Positions 29,670 to 40,700 of a DNA stretch of 64,000 bases are shown piece after piece (within the stretch, counting starts at the first letter, position 1; each line of letters begins with the position of its first letter). The DNA is from a bacterium (GTDB taxonomy: Bacteria; UBA8248). Location: contig CBDBZU010000004.1 of assembly GCA_965213625.1 (NCBI GenBank), positions 1,408,001 through 1,472,000 on the forward strand. Reading direction: 5' to 3'. The notes beneath the pieces are model-generated. The model had not been told where the DNA came from. It worked only from the letters and a program-made list of their open reading frames with translations, and ran no database searches. The position numbers were made by a program, and so were the translations under genes.

Positions 29670-30611
29670 TCAATGCAGTTCAGGCAGGCCGAGCGAGGAG
29701 AGAAATGCGCTGAAATGGGGTTTCCACGCTTTCGTCGACCATGATTTGTAAAAGTACCCGTGTGCTTGCCTCGATGAGGAACCTTGGTCGGGCAATACAA
29801 CCAGCCTGGCCTTGCCACCGTTCTCGTTATAGGCGTCACGCCAGGACGCGGCCCTGACGGTTCGAGGGTCGTTTTTCGCATACACCATCAGAGCCGGCGT
29901 TTTGGATTTTCGGCCAAACGTTTTGTACGCTTCTAGCATGTTATCGTTGAAAAAATGTGGGCCCAGATAATCGCCCCGCGCGCAGCTTCCACCCAAGGCG
30001 CCGGCCGTGCTGATTATTCCCTTAAGGCCGGTCAGGTGTTCATGCGATTTCGGGCCTTCCGTTAAGCCGAACACGGCCAGGCCTCCTCCGGATTGGCCCA
30101 CCGCCAGGATTTTTTCGGAGTCCACGAATTTTAGTTCTTGCCGGATCAGAGCTTCTATGACCAGCCGGATTTCCAGTCCGCTTCTTCTCGCCGCTTGGAG
30201 GTAATTTTGCTTTCTGCACCCCCCGGTTCTGCCGAAAGGTTTGTGGTCGTTCCACTCGTAACCATCGGAATTGCCGTACCCGATTCTGTTGAACGTGTAG
30301 GTGGTGTAGCCGGAGCGGGCGAAGACTTTCGCAGGAGAAGCCAGGCGGCTTTCCGGATACTTGCGCCTGCATCTCTTGCCGCAAGCGCCGTGCGCGAGGA
30401 CGACCAGAGGAAATTTGCCCTCACCTTCTGGACGAAACAACCTCCCTTCCAATGAATAATCGTAACCGCCGATTCGGATTTTGGTTTTCTTGCTCTTCGC
30501 AACGATGTCGTATGGCGCAGCATCGACGGATGAAAGCGCCGCGATGGCCGATATCGCCGCAACAAAGACCATGTGGGACCAATATCGAAACTTATGGCGA
30601 GTTTTGGGCAT
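29670..30611 (-). CDS. Exported alpha/beta hydrolase (dienelactone hydrolase-like)
   Basis: Signal peptide, PLVVLAHG, GYGNSDG, GQSGGG nucleophile elbow, KND and AHG triad candidates. Confidence 0.8.
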   Translation of the reverse strand: MPKTRHKFRYWSHMVFVAAISAIAALSSVDAAPYDIVAKSKKTKIRIGGYDYSLEGRLFRPEGEGKFPLVVLAHGACGKRCRRKYPESRLASPAKVFARSGYTTYTFNRIGYGNSDGYEWNDHKPFGRTGGCRKQNYLQAARRSGLEIRLVIEALIRQELKFVDSEKILAVGQSGGGLAVFGLTEGPKSHEHLTGLKGIISTAGALGGSCARGDYLGPHFFNDNMLEAYKTFGRKSKTPALMVYAKNDPRTVRAASWRDAYNENGGKARLVVLPDQGSSSRQAHGYFYKSWSTKAWKPHFSAFLSSLGLPELH

Positions 30612-30686
30612 GATGCTTTCTCTAGGTAGCGGGTCACCAATTCATTTGAGGAAACATTACCATAATCGTCCGGTTCGAGGCATTTC

Positions 30687-32288
30687 CTAATCGAACACCG
30701 TGTCGTCGTAGTGCGCGGAATCCACCACCGCCTCGATGACGGTCGGCCCGTCGGCCTGGAAGGCTTCGGTGAGTGCGCGCCTGAGTTCCTCGGGTGTTCT
30801 CACGCCCACGGCGGGCACGCCGAAGTAATGGGAGGGCGGCGCTTGGTATTCCTCGGCCTGCAGCTCGGTGCCGTAACGGCCGTAATCCCGCCTGTCCTGT
30901 TTGACCTGGATGAGCGAGAGCCACCTGTCGTCCAGAACGACGATGGGGATGGCGAGCCCCATTCTCTTGGCGACGGCCACCTCGCCGCACGTCATCTGGA
31001 AGCATCCGTCCCCGATGAGGGCGACGACGGGTTTGTCCGGACATGCGAGTTTCGCGGCGATGGCGCCGGGCAGTCCGAAACCCATCGAGGACCACCCGTT
31101 CGTGATGAGGAAGGTGCGCGGGTCGTGCACGGTCCACTGGCTGGCTATCTGGTGCGTGTGCGCGCCCACGTCGAAGGAGAGTATCCCCTCCTTTGGCGTC
31201 ACCTCGCGCACCACGTCGATGGCCTCATGAGCCGCGAAGTGCGGAACCTGAGGGCGCAGGGCCTTCTGGAATCTTTCCTTGTGCCGCAAGGCGGCGTCCG
31301 AGGGCCACTCGTAGCTGCCGGGCGCCATGTCGTTCATGCGTCTTAAAGACGCATCCAGGTCGCCCACCACCTCGTGCGCGATGTCGACGGATGAATCCGC
31401 GTCAACCGGGTCGATGTCCACGCTTACGAGGGGCACGTCCTTTATCCATTGCTCGTATTCCACCTCGATCACGTCGTAGCCGACCCCGAGGATCATGTCC
31501 GCGCTTCTCAGGAACTCGCGCTGCACCTGCCGCTTTCCGCGTTCGATGCAGCCGACCGATAGCGGGTGATCCTCATCTATCATCCCCTTGGCCATGGTGG
31601 TTGTGGCGAAAGGAAGTTGGTGGCGGTCGATGAAGGCGCGCAGAAGAGCGGGGTTTTCCATCCGCATGGTGGTAGAACCGAGGACAGCGACGGGCCGCTT
31701 GGCGTTCTGGAGTAGGGATTCGAGTTTTTTGAACGCGCTCTCGGGCGCTGCGCGGTGGCGCTTCCCCGCAGGAAGCGGAGGCAGCTCCTCAGTGGCGGGC
31801 GCAAGCGATACGTCTTCGGGCAAATCCAGATGGACGGGGCCGTGCGGCTCGCTCAAGGCCAGACCCATCGCCTCTTCCAGTACGGAGCCGACGCGGCCTT
31901 TTCTGAGCGGGTAGCTCGCCTTGGATATGGGCCGGTAGAGGGTGTGGTGGTCGATGTACATCTGGATGCGGCGTCCGAGCTGGTGCGTGTGCAGGTTGCA
32001 GGTGAGGGCGATGAGCGGGGAGCGGTCCAGATAGGCGTTGCCCACGCCGGTCGAGAGGTTTGTGGCGCCCGGTCCCAGGGTGGCGATGCAGAAGCCCGGC
32101 GCGCCCGTCAGGCGGCCCATCACGTCGGCGGCGAAGCTCGCGGAGCCTTCATGCGCTGTCAGGACGAAGGTGAGTCCTCCCTTTCGCATGGCTTCGAGCA
32201 TGGGCAGGACGTTCCCGCTCGGGATGCCGAAGCAGTGCGTGACGCCTGCTTCCTTCATGGTTTTGACGATCAAGTCCGCGTTGTTCAT
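30687..32288 (-). CDS. Thiamine diphosphate-dependent enzyme (acetolactate synthase-like)
   Basis: FGIPSG, HEGSA, GPGATN, SMGFGLP, GDG motif. Confidence 0.9.
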   Translation of the reverse strand: MNNADLIVKTMKEAGVTHCFGIPSGNVLPMLEAMRKGGLTFVLTAHEGSASFAADVMGRLTGAPGFCIATLGPGATNLSTGVGNAYLDRSPLIALTCNLHTHQLGRRIQMYIDHHTLYRPISKASYPLRKGRVGSVLEEAMGLALSEPHGPVHLDLPEDVSLAPATEELPPLPAGKRHRAAPESAFKKLESLLQNAKRPVAVLGSTTMRMENPALLRAFIDRHQLPFATTTMAKGMIDEDHPLSVGCIERGKRQVQREFLRSADMILGVGYDVIEVEYEQWIKDVPLVSVDIDPVDADSSVDIAHEVVGDLDASLRRMNDMAPGSYEWPSDAALRHKERFQKALRPQVPHFAAHEAIDVVREVTPKEGILSFDVGAHTHQIASQWTVHDPRTFLITNGWSSMGFGLPGAIAAKLACPDKPVVALIGDGCFQMTCGEVAVAKRMGLAIPIVVLDDRWLSLIQVKQDRRDYGRYGTELQAEEYQAPPSHYFGVPAVGVRTPEELRRALTEAFQADGPTVIEAVVDSAHYDDTVFD

Positions 32289-32303
32289 GGAAAATCTCCG
32301 GTC

Positions 32304-33347
32304 TCAGGAAGATGAATGACGATAGATGTTGATGAGGTCTTTCAAGAGTGCTGCGGCCGCGCCGCGCGGGTCGCTCTTGCCGCCCACCACGGTGACGCGA
32401 TCCATCGTATCGCTCGTGTAGGTGATTCCCTTCTCCGCCCCTTCCACGCCCGCCAGGGGATGATCGGGCGAGAGCAACTCTGGCGCAACGCGCGCCGAGA
32501 CGCGCCCGGCCTCATCCCGCTTCGAATTGCCCACCAGGCGCATTATCTTTCCCTCGGCGCTCGCGCGCTGAACTTTCTCAAGCGATATCCCGGCGATGCC
32601 CTTCCGCTCCACGTCATCGGGCGTCAGGTCAGCTCCCATGCAGACGTTCGTGATGAGCGCGAGCTTGTTCGCCGTGTCGAAGCCCTCCACGTCGAGCGTG
32701 GGGTCGGTCTCCGCGATGCCGAGCGCCTGGGCTTCTGCGAGCGCCTCATCGTAGCTATGTCCGTTTGTCCTCATGCGCGTGAGTATAAAATTCGTCGTCC
32801 CGTTCAAAACGCCCTCGACCCCGAGGATCTCCGCGCCTGCGAGGCAGGTCTCAGCCACGTCGATGGTCGGAAGCGCGGCCGCGGCGGCGGCGGAGATCTT
32901 GAGGCTCAAGTTTTTCTCCCGCGCCAGGCCGGTCAGTTCCCTGTAGGCCCGTATGAAGGGTCCCTTGTTCGCGCTCACCACGTTCATTTCCCTGGAAAGC
33001 GCCTCGCGTATGTGGCTCAAGGCGGGTTCGCCCGTTCTGATGTCGGTGGGTGTCGTCTCGATGAGGGCGTCGGCGTTCGCTGCGCGAACCAGGTCGAGCC
33101 CCTGCCAGTCGGCTTTAAAACTGGGATGACCCCCGAAGCCGCCATCTCGCTCGAAGGCGTCCGCCGTCATTGAAGCGTCGATTCCTTCGGGGCTATGCAG
33201 ACTGCCGTTCAACTCGCCTATGCCTGCGATAACCGGTTCGAGATCATAGGCCGCGCGCATGAAGTCCGTTTTGTCGTGGATGAGTCTCGCGAATTCGCGC
33301 CCCACGCGCCCGAATCCGCAGACGATCACTTTAATTTTTCTAGCCAA
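32304..33347 (-). CDS. hom: Homoserine dehydrogenase
   Basis: CGFGRVG, VVSANKGP, GVLNGTTNFIL, AQALGIAETDP..DVEG.D..K. Confidence 0.88.
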   Translation of the reverse strand: MARKIKVIVCGFGRVGREFARLIHDKTDFMRAAYDLEPVIAGIGELNGSLHSPEGIDASMTADAFERDGGFGGHPSFKADWQGLDLVRAANADALIETTPTDIRTGEPALSHIREALSREMNVVSANKGPFIRAYRELTGLAREKNLSLKISAAAAAALPTIDVAETCLAGAEILGVEGVLNGTTNFILTRMRTNGHSYDEALAEAQALGIAETDPTLDVEGFDTANKLALITNVCMGADLTPDDVERKGIAGISLEKVQRASAEGKIMRLVGNSKRDEAGRVSARVAPELLSPDHPLAGVEGAEKGITYTSDTMDRVTVVGGKSDPRGAAAALLKDLINIYRHSSS

Positions 33348-33555
33348 GCGCCATCCTTTTCGGTTGTTGATGCGGAATGCCTGGAATTCCCGCCCCTTAA
33401 TGCCATGACGGGCGGCGGGCGGTCAACTCGGGGCCTTTCATGCGCCGAAAGACTCACCTCGTTGCCGAGCGGATAAAACTATGAGAAACCTTTTGCTCGT
33501 TCCACATCACCATAAGCATGCGCATTCACGTACCGATGACGCGAAAGGGGAAAAG

Positions 33556-34521
33556 ATGCCGGATCTGGAGCTAACGGCGGCGTTTGGCGATTACGATCGC
33601 ACCAACATTCTCAAGATGGGCGCCGTTCGCCCGAATGGAGTGGACCTCCGGGTGCTCTCCCTGCCGCCTTCCGAGATATTCTTCCGCATGTGCAGGCACC
33701 AGGAGTTCGACCTGTCCGAAATGTCGATGGGCGCGCATATGTTCCTCTTGGGTGAGGGAGCGAGCCCCTTCGTGGGGATGCCCGCCTTCCCGAGCCGCGT
33801 CTTCAGGCATTCGATGGTTTACGCGAACACGGATGCGGGCGTCGATGGGGTGGCGGATTTGAACGGCAAGCGAATCGCGATCCGCGAATGGGGGATGACG
33901 GCGGTCGTGTGGATAGTCGGCATTCTCGCCGAGGAGTATGGCCTCGACGTGGGTTCTGTGGACTGGGTGGCGGCCATCGAACCGCGCGTGCCGATACCCA
34001 TGCCGCCCGGCGCGCGCATCCGCTACATGCAGCCCGGCCAGACGGTGTCGAACATGCTCGAATCGGGCGAGGTGGATGGCGCGCTGATCCACCAGGTGCC
34101 GGAGTGTTTCGCAAAAGGCTCGCCGCAAGTGAAGCGCCTGTTCCCGGACTACAAGGCCGCCGAGACGGCGTATTACAAGAGAACGGGCGTTCACCCCATG
34201 ATGCACTGCGTCGTGCTGAGAAAGGATATTCACGAGCAAACCCCCTGGGCGCTCGGGTCCATCTATGAAGCCATGTGCGAGGCGCGCGAGAAGACGCTTG
34301 CGTTGCTGAGCGACAACGGCGCGCTCTCGGCCATGATCCCCTTTCTGCCCTCGGTGATGGACGAGACGCGCGAGATTTTCGGCGATGATTTCTGGCCCTA
34401 CGGGGTGGAGGCGAACCGCACGTCGCTCGAAAAGCTCCTCTCCTACGCCCACGCGCAGGGCCTCACGCCCGGCCTGCTTGAGGTGGAGGATCTGTTCGGC
34501 GAGAGCGTGCTGAACACCTAG
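33556..34521 (+). CDS. 4,5-dihydroxyphthalate decarboxylase-like / PBP2-fold protein
   Basis: YDRT, EIFFRM, EFD.SEMS, FPSRVFRH, MTAVVW..G.L, DFWPYG.EANR. Confidence 0.8.
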   Translation: MPDLELTAAFGDYDRTNILKMGAVRPNGVDLRVLSLPPSEIFFRMCRHQEFDLSEMSMGAHMFLLGEGASPFVGMPAFPSRVFRHSMVYANTDAGVDGVADLNGKRIAIREWGMTAVVWIVGILAEEYGLDVGSVDWVAAIEPRVPIPMPPGARIRYMQPGQTVSNMLESGEVDGALIHQVPECFAKGSPQVKRLFPDYKAAETAYYKRTGVHPMMHCVVLRKDIHEQTPWALGSIYEAMCEAREKTLALLSDNGALSAMIPFLPSVMDETREIFGDDFWPYGVEANRTSLEKLLSYAHAQGLTPGLLEVEDLFGESVLNT

Positions 34522-34570
34522 TCGAGCGCTTTGATTTTGTTTCACTGAGAAACCGCCCACCACCGGTGAT

Positions 34571-37500
34571 ATGGAACTCCCCATGGCGTCGGCTTCAAAA
34601 ATTCTAATTGCAGCTCCTTTCCACCGTATTGAACCATCCCTCGCGTCGCGCGTGCGCAGCTTGGGCGTAGGAGACCCCCTCGCGCACAGGCGGGTGGTCG
34701 TCATCTCGAACCGGCTGCGCGATCACGTCCAGGGCGTGCTCGCGCGCGCGGGCGGCTTCGCAGGCGTAGAGGTGCTGAGCATGATCGACTTGGCGAATAA
34801 GATTGCCGAGCCGGAACGAGCGCTGGTGGAGTTTACGCGCCCCCATCCCGCCATCGCCGAGGTCCTGGCCGAAGAAGCGTTCGAGCGCGCGCGGGGGGCG
34901 TTCGCATTTTTCAAAGCCGACACGAGAGGATACGGAGAGAGCCTCTGCGCTACGCTGACGGACTTGGCCGAAGCGAACCTCTCTCCTGAAATATTGAGGG
35001 AACTCGGCCGGAAAATTTCTGGCCCCGATGCGGCGCGGTGCCGCGATCTGGCGCTTCTGGCAGAGCGTTTCCATAGCAGTATGCGCGAGCGAAAATACTA
35101 CGACCGCTCCTCGCTATTCGAGACGGCGTGCGAGAAGGCGGAAGCGGAGCCTCCGTGCGTCCCCACCATCTTCTACGGCTTCGCCGAGATGAACGCGCTT
35201 CAGCGCAGGCTGGCGGCGGCGGTCTGCCGTGAGGCGCACTCGCAAGCTCTCGTGCCCGCGCAACCGGACGCGCCCGCATGCGCGCACGCGCAGCCTTTAC
35301 TCGTATGGTTCGAGCGGCAGGGATTCCGCAAAGAAGAAGCCGGGCCGCGCGAGTCGAGGCCGCTCTCAAATCTGGCCGAGGTGCTCTTCTCGCGTGATGA
35401 GGCGGGGGCCAAGCCTGTGGCGGCGGACGCCCTGCGCGTCGTGGCGGCCCCCACGAGAGGCCGGGAAGTCTGGGAAGCCTGCCGGGAGATGCTACGGGCG
35501 AGAGAAGACATCGAGGGCGATGAAGAAATGTGTGTCTTGATGACCGCGCGGGACGGCTATCAGGATCTGTTCGAAGAGACGTTTTATACTTTGGAAATCC
35601 CTGGCCGAACAGAAGATCAGCATCCCCTTGCCGAAACGCCCGCCGCGCGTTTGTTCCTCCTCATGCTCCGCTTGCCGATGGAAGGCTACCCGCGCGCCGA
35701 GTTGATGCGCTTTCTGGATGAGGGCGGCTTCACCGGCTCGCCGATGTTCCGGGAACTGGCGCGGAAATACGAGTTCGAGGAGCGCGTCGGCGACCTCGCT
35801 CTGGCGTCTGAATGGGAGTTTTTCTCGAGAAGCCTGCCTTATCTCAAGGGTCCAGACGACTGGCTCGCAGCCCTCGATGACGCCTTGGATGAAATGAAGG
35901 AAGGGGACGAGGAGCGTCCCGCCGCCTATTCCCTCGACTTGGCTATGTCCGATGTCGTCGATCTGATGGAGAAGATTCCCGAGCAGGGACCGCCCTCTTC
36001 GTTTGTTCAATTATTTCTGGAAGCTTTCTCGAAGATGACGAGCGGTTTGATCCACGGTGGTGAAGTGAAAGATGTTGTCTCATCTCTTGCGGATTTGGAT
36101 GAGATCACAGGCGAGATGACGCGGGAGCGATTCCATGATCTTTGCGAGCGATTCCTGGAGAAGACTGCCCTGAGAGGCGGCGAGCTGGATGAGGGCCATC
36201 TGGCGAGCCTCTCCTCCATCCAGAGCGCGCGCGGTCTTTCCTTCGACGTGGTCGTCCTTGCAGGGCTGGGCGAGGGCCTGTTTCCGCCCACAGGGAGCGA
36301 AGACCCGCTTCTGCCCGATTCGGTGCGCGAAAAGCTGAACCGCGCCGCGCAAGAGACCTTCCCGGCGCGGGAGGCAGCGCTTCCGCTCAAGAAATCGCGC
36401 GAGAGCGAAGCGCGGTTTCAGTTGTGGACGATCCTTCAGTCGGCTAGGAAGCGCCTCATCCTCACGGCGACGAGCGCCGAGGATGGTTTGGGGGACAATG
36501 TGGCGTCATTTCCGAGCATGTTCTTGCATTATCTGGCGGATGCGCTGGGGGAGGCGAGAGACGGCGCGTGGGGTCTTTTCGCTGACTCGCGCAGCCGCAC
36601 CGCCGCCGCGACGCTGGACGCAGAAGCGATTTCATCGAATCCCGCTCACCTGCGCGAGTATGATCTCGCTCGAATGGCGAATCAGATTAGCCGGCCCGAA
36701 GCGGGCAGCCTCTCCTACATGAACGATTTTCCGGGGTTTCTCAGAAGGCGGACCGCCCTGGATGAGCGGTGGCGGCCGGGCGCTTTGACCGGGCACGACG
36801 GGATGCTCACTGCGCCCGACTTGCGGGAGATCATCCAGGAGATAATTCACTCGTCCGGGCGTCCGCTCGGGGTCACCTTGGTGGAGAATTTCTTCGGGTG
36901 TCCTTACCGGTTCATCAACAAACGCCTGCACCCCCGCATGGAAAAACGAGAAGAACCCCTCCCGCCTTTCGACATGGACGGGAGAAGCCGGGGAGAGTTG
37001 ACGCACCGGATTCTCGAACTCTTCCACCATTGGCTCCAGAGGACAAACCAGCCGCTTCATGCGCTGGGCGAAACGACGGCGCAGGAAGCGCTCCGCGATG
37101 CGATTCGAGAGGCGATGACCGGGGAGGCGGAAAAGGCCGAGTCGCCACCCTTGCCCGCGCTGCCCTGGGGGGTGCTCGAAGATGCGCTTTACCGGCGCTT
37201 GCGGGGCTACCTGGATCAAAGGCGCGCGGACGCGTCGGGCCCGCTTCCGGTGAGCGTGGAGGAGCGGTTCGGCGGGGTGGGTTCCCAGCCTTTGCGGATA
37301 TCGCTGGAATCAGGGGAACTCGCCCTGAGCGGGCGGATGGATCTGCTCGAACGAAACGCGGCGGGGGAATACCGCGTCGTCGATTTCAAGACTGTGGGGA
37401 GGAGAAGTTCGATTCCGGCCCAAAAGAAAGTGCTGGACGGCGGCGCGAGCCTTCAACTCCACCTCTACGCGCGGCATCTGCGCACGCGGCCGGACGCCTT

Positions 37501-37798
37501 GCCGGCGGAAGCCGGGGTGAGCGGCGCATACGTCTACGTCACCCGGGAGGAGGGCGTCGTCGAACGCGCGCGCTCCTGCGAGGATATTGAGGGGCGCATG
37601 GCGGAGGTGGATGCCCTTCTGGATTATTTTCTGGCCTCTGCCCGGGAGGGGCGTTTTTTCCCGACGCCCTCGGCCGATGGGTGCAGGTATTGCGACTACA
37701 AGCTCATCTGCGGACCGGACAGGGCCGAGCGCGCCGCGCGGAAGGAGGTCGCGCCGGGGGTGAGCGAGCTTCGAGTCTTGAGGGAGAACGCCTCATGA
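34571..37798 (+). CDS. addB: AddB-like PD-(D/E)XK nuclease subunit with Fe-S cysteines
   Basis: Degenerate helicase body, ARGLSFD, GCPYRF, GRMDLLE..VVDFK, QLHLY, CRYCDYKLIC; ATGA overlap with the helicase gene. Confidence 0.8.
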   Translation: MELPMASASKILIAAPFHRIEPSLASRVRSLGVGDPLAHRRVVVISNRLRDHVQGVLARAGGFAGVEVLSMIDLANKIAEPERALVEFTRPHPAIAEVLAEEAFERARGAFAFFKADTRGYGESLCATLTDLAEANLSPEILRELGRKISGPDAARCRDLALLAERFHSSMRERKYYDRSSLFETACEKAEAEPPCVPTIFYGFAEMNALQRRLAAAVCREAHSQALVPAQPDAPACAHAQPLLVWFERQGFRKEEAGPRESRPLSNLAEVLFSRDEAGAKPVAADALRVVAAPTRGREVWEACREMLRAREDIEGDEEMCVLMTARDGYQDLFEETFYTLEIPGRTEDQHPLAETPAARLFLLMLRLPMEGYPRAELMRFLDEGGFTGSPMFRELARKYEFEERVGDLALASEWEFFSRSLPYLKGPDDWLAALDDALDEMKEGDEERPAAYSLDLAMSDVVDLMEKIPEQGPPSSFVQLFLEAFSKMTSGLIHGGEVKDVVSSLADLDEITGEMTRERFHDLCERFLEKTALRGGELDEGHLASLSSIQSARGLSFDVVVLAGLGEGLFPPTGSEDPLLPDSVREKLNRAAQETFPAREAALPLKKSRESEARFQLWTILQSARKRLILTATSAEDGLGDNVASFPSMFLHYLADALGEARDGAWGLFADSRSRTAAATLDAEAISSNPAHLREYDLARMANQISRPEAGSLSYMNDFPGFLRRRTALDERWRPGALTGHDGMLTAPDLREIIQEIIHSSGRPLGVTLVENFFGCPYRFINKRLHPRMEKREEPLPPFDMDGRSRGELTHRILELFHHWLQRTNQPLHALGETTAQEALRDAIREAMTGEAEKAESPPLPALPWGVLEDALYRRLRGYLDQRRADASGPLPVSVEERFGGVGSQPLRISLESGELALSGRMDLLERNAAGEYRVVDFKTVGRRSSIPAQKKVLDGGASLQLHLYARHLRTRPDALPAEAGVSGAYVYVTREEGVVERARSCEDIEGRMAEVDALLDYFLASAREGRFFPTPSADGCRYCDYKLICGPDRAERAARKEVAPGVSELRVLRENAS

Positions 37799-40700
37799 GC
37801 GCGCAGCCCCGCGACCAAAAACAAAGAGATGAGGCCGCGACCTGGACGCGCGGTCCCGTTCTGGTCGAGGCGGGTGCGGGCACGGGCAAGACCACCCTGC
37901 TCGTGGAGCGAATCCTGCATCTGATCCGGCGCGAAGGGGTCCGACTCGATGAAATAGCCGCCATCACCTTCACGCGAAAGGCGACCGCGCAATTAAAAGA
38001 CAGGATTCGTAGACGTTTTCTCGATGTGGTTGCAGGAGAGGAAGACGCCGCCACGAAAGCGCGGCTGCAGGATGCGCTGGATAACCTCGAGTCCGCGCGC
38101 ATCTCCACCATCCACGGCTTTGCGCTGAATATCTTGCGGGCGTTCTCCGTGGAAGCGGGGCTTCGCCCCGACCTGGGCGACGTGGATGAAATCGAGCACG
38201 ATACGCGGCGCGATGCGGCCTGGCGCGACTGGCTAACGCAGGCGCTGAACAGTGGGGATGCGCGATTGCGCAATTTCCTGGAGCTCGGCTTTCCGGTAGC
38301 CGATCTGGAGAAAATCCGCGACGCCATGCTCGACCTGCCAGAATTAAGAGAACATTTCCCCCGCTCACATGGCGCTTCTCCCGTAGAAATCCGTGCGTCC
38401 ATCGCAGATGCGTTCGACGCCTGGGCGGAAGTGGGCCGCCACTGTGTGAATGATGAGGACAAAGCCTTAATACAACTGGAGAAAGCGAGAAGCTGGCTGG
38501 AGGGCCTCTCCGGACTATCGCAAACCGAACTGCTCCGCGAACTCTGGAGTCCCGGCTTCAAGCTGAACAAGCGGGTGGGATCACCCGGAAATTGGGGAGA
38601 TTCTACCGAAGAGGGGAGAGAAAACCTCAAGCTCTTCCGCGGGGAATACGATCGCTTCTTACAAAATAGCGCCAAGATAATCGCCCATGAGGTGCTTGCC
38701 GGTCTGGTTCCCCTCGTTCGGGGTTTCGTCGAGTCATTCGAGACGGAAATGCGCGAAGCGGGGCTTTTGTCTTATCAGGACATGCTCTTTCTGGCGGCGA
38801 AGCTCGTACGGGAGAACCCCTCCGTGCGGGGGAGAATCCGCGAGAGCATCCGGCATTTTCTAGTCGATGAATTTCAGGATACCGACCCTTTGCAGGTCGA
38901 ATTGATATTCCTGCTTGCGGGATCGGGAGACGCCGCAGACTGGCGCGAGGTGCGGATGGAAGATGCCAAACTCTTCATGGTGGGCGATCCCAAGCAATCC
39001 ATCTACCGCTTCCGCCGGGCGGACATCGCCATCTATCACGATGTCAGGGAGATGATTGACCATCTCCCGAATGGCCGCCTGCTGCGCATCAAGGAAAACT
39101 TCCGCAGCACGCCCGGCGTGGTCGATTTCGTGAACGAGGCGTTCTCGCGCGTCATCGTTCACGACTCCGGGAACCCCGACGTTCAGCCCGAATATGTCGA
39201 ACTCATGGCGCATCGCGAATCCGCAGACCCGGCCGTTTTCCTGTTCAAGACGAAAGAAGACGGGGACGAGCCTGCGGAAAGCGGCAGGGTGAACGAAGAA
39301 CAAAGACGAAAGAACGAGGCCGCCTGCCTCGCCGCCGCGCTCCGAGAGTTGGTGGAAGATAAGAGGGTGGAAATCACGGACACAGATAAGAATGCGCGCC
39401 GCCCTGTCAGTTTTGGCGACGTCGCCGTCTTGTTCCGGGCGCGCACGGGCTACGCCCAGTTCGAGGACGCTTTCCGTGGCGCGGGGGTTCCGTTCATCAC
39501 CGATGGCGGATATGGGTTTTACGACAAGTTCGAAGTCGGCGCGGTCGTCTCGGTGTTATCCGCCGTGGCGCGGCCCGGCGATCCGCTGGCGCTCGCCGCC
39601 GCCCTGCGCTCTCCCCTGTACGGTTTTTCGGATGTGGAAACAGCCCGCTACTTCCTGAAGAGACAAGAGCCGCCCAAGGAGCTGAGAGAGGCGGTTCGCG
39701 AGATATGCCTGCTGCATGAGGCGAAGAAAGATGCGGGCGTGCGCGCCATTCTGGAGGAGGTATACCGCCGCACGGGGGCGTTCGAGTTGTTCCTGGCTTC
39801 ATCGGGCGGAGAGCAGCGCGTCGCCAATCTGTCAAAGCTTCTCGATATGGCGCATGAATTCGCCGCGGGCGGCAGGCGGGGCGTGGATGCGTTCGCCGCG
39901 CACCTGGAGGCGCAATACGAACTGGGGCGCGACGCCAGAGAGCCGGAAGCGTTTCAGGACGCCCGGGGGGGCGAGGCGGTTCGGCTCATGACGGTCCACC
40001 AGGCCAAGGGGTTGGAATTCCCCGTGGTCGCACTGGCCGACCTGGAGGGCAAGGACGATCAGCGTTCCGAGGCGCGGATCGCGAATCACGAAAGAGGAAA
40101 CGAAGCGGTCGATCTGCACCTGGGCTCAGGACCCCGGCGGCTGGATTCGGCAGGCTATGTGAGTGCGCTCGAACGCGAAAAAGGGTTTCATAACGCGGAA
40201 ATAAAGCGTCTTTGGTATGTGGCGGCGACGCGGGCGAAGGACTATCTGCTCTGGCCGGAGTCGGGCTTTCACGGGTTCATGCAGAGCGCGGGACTCCTGG
40301 AAGTGGAAACAGCCGGGGTGATCCGGGAGGCGTCCGCTTCGGTTCTCGAAGTATCGCCGGAAGAACCCCGGGAGCCGGAGTCCATCCTCCGTCTTGGGGG
40401 CGCTGTTTTTCGTCCGGCGAACGGGGGTTCGGGGAGCGTTGCGGAGCGGCGCGCCGTCCTGGATGAGAAGTTGAAGTTGCTGAAGAAGCCTGTCGAGACG
40501 CCGAAGCCCCTGGCTCCCAGCAGTCTCGTGAAAGGATTCGACGAGGTAGAGCCTGCGGCCTCGACTGCGCTTTACGATGAGGATGCGCCACAGGACATCG
40601 AAGTCCACGCAGGCGGGACGGCGTTCGGGAGCCTGGTTCATGTAATCCTCGCGCGGCTCGACCCGCCGGATGTCGCCTGCTTGGAGCGTTTGCGGGATGA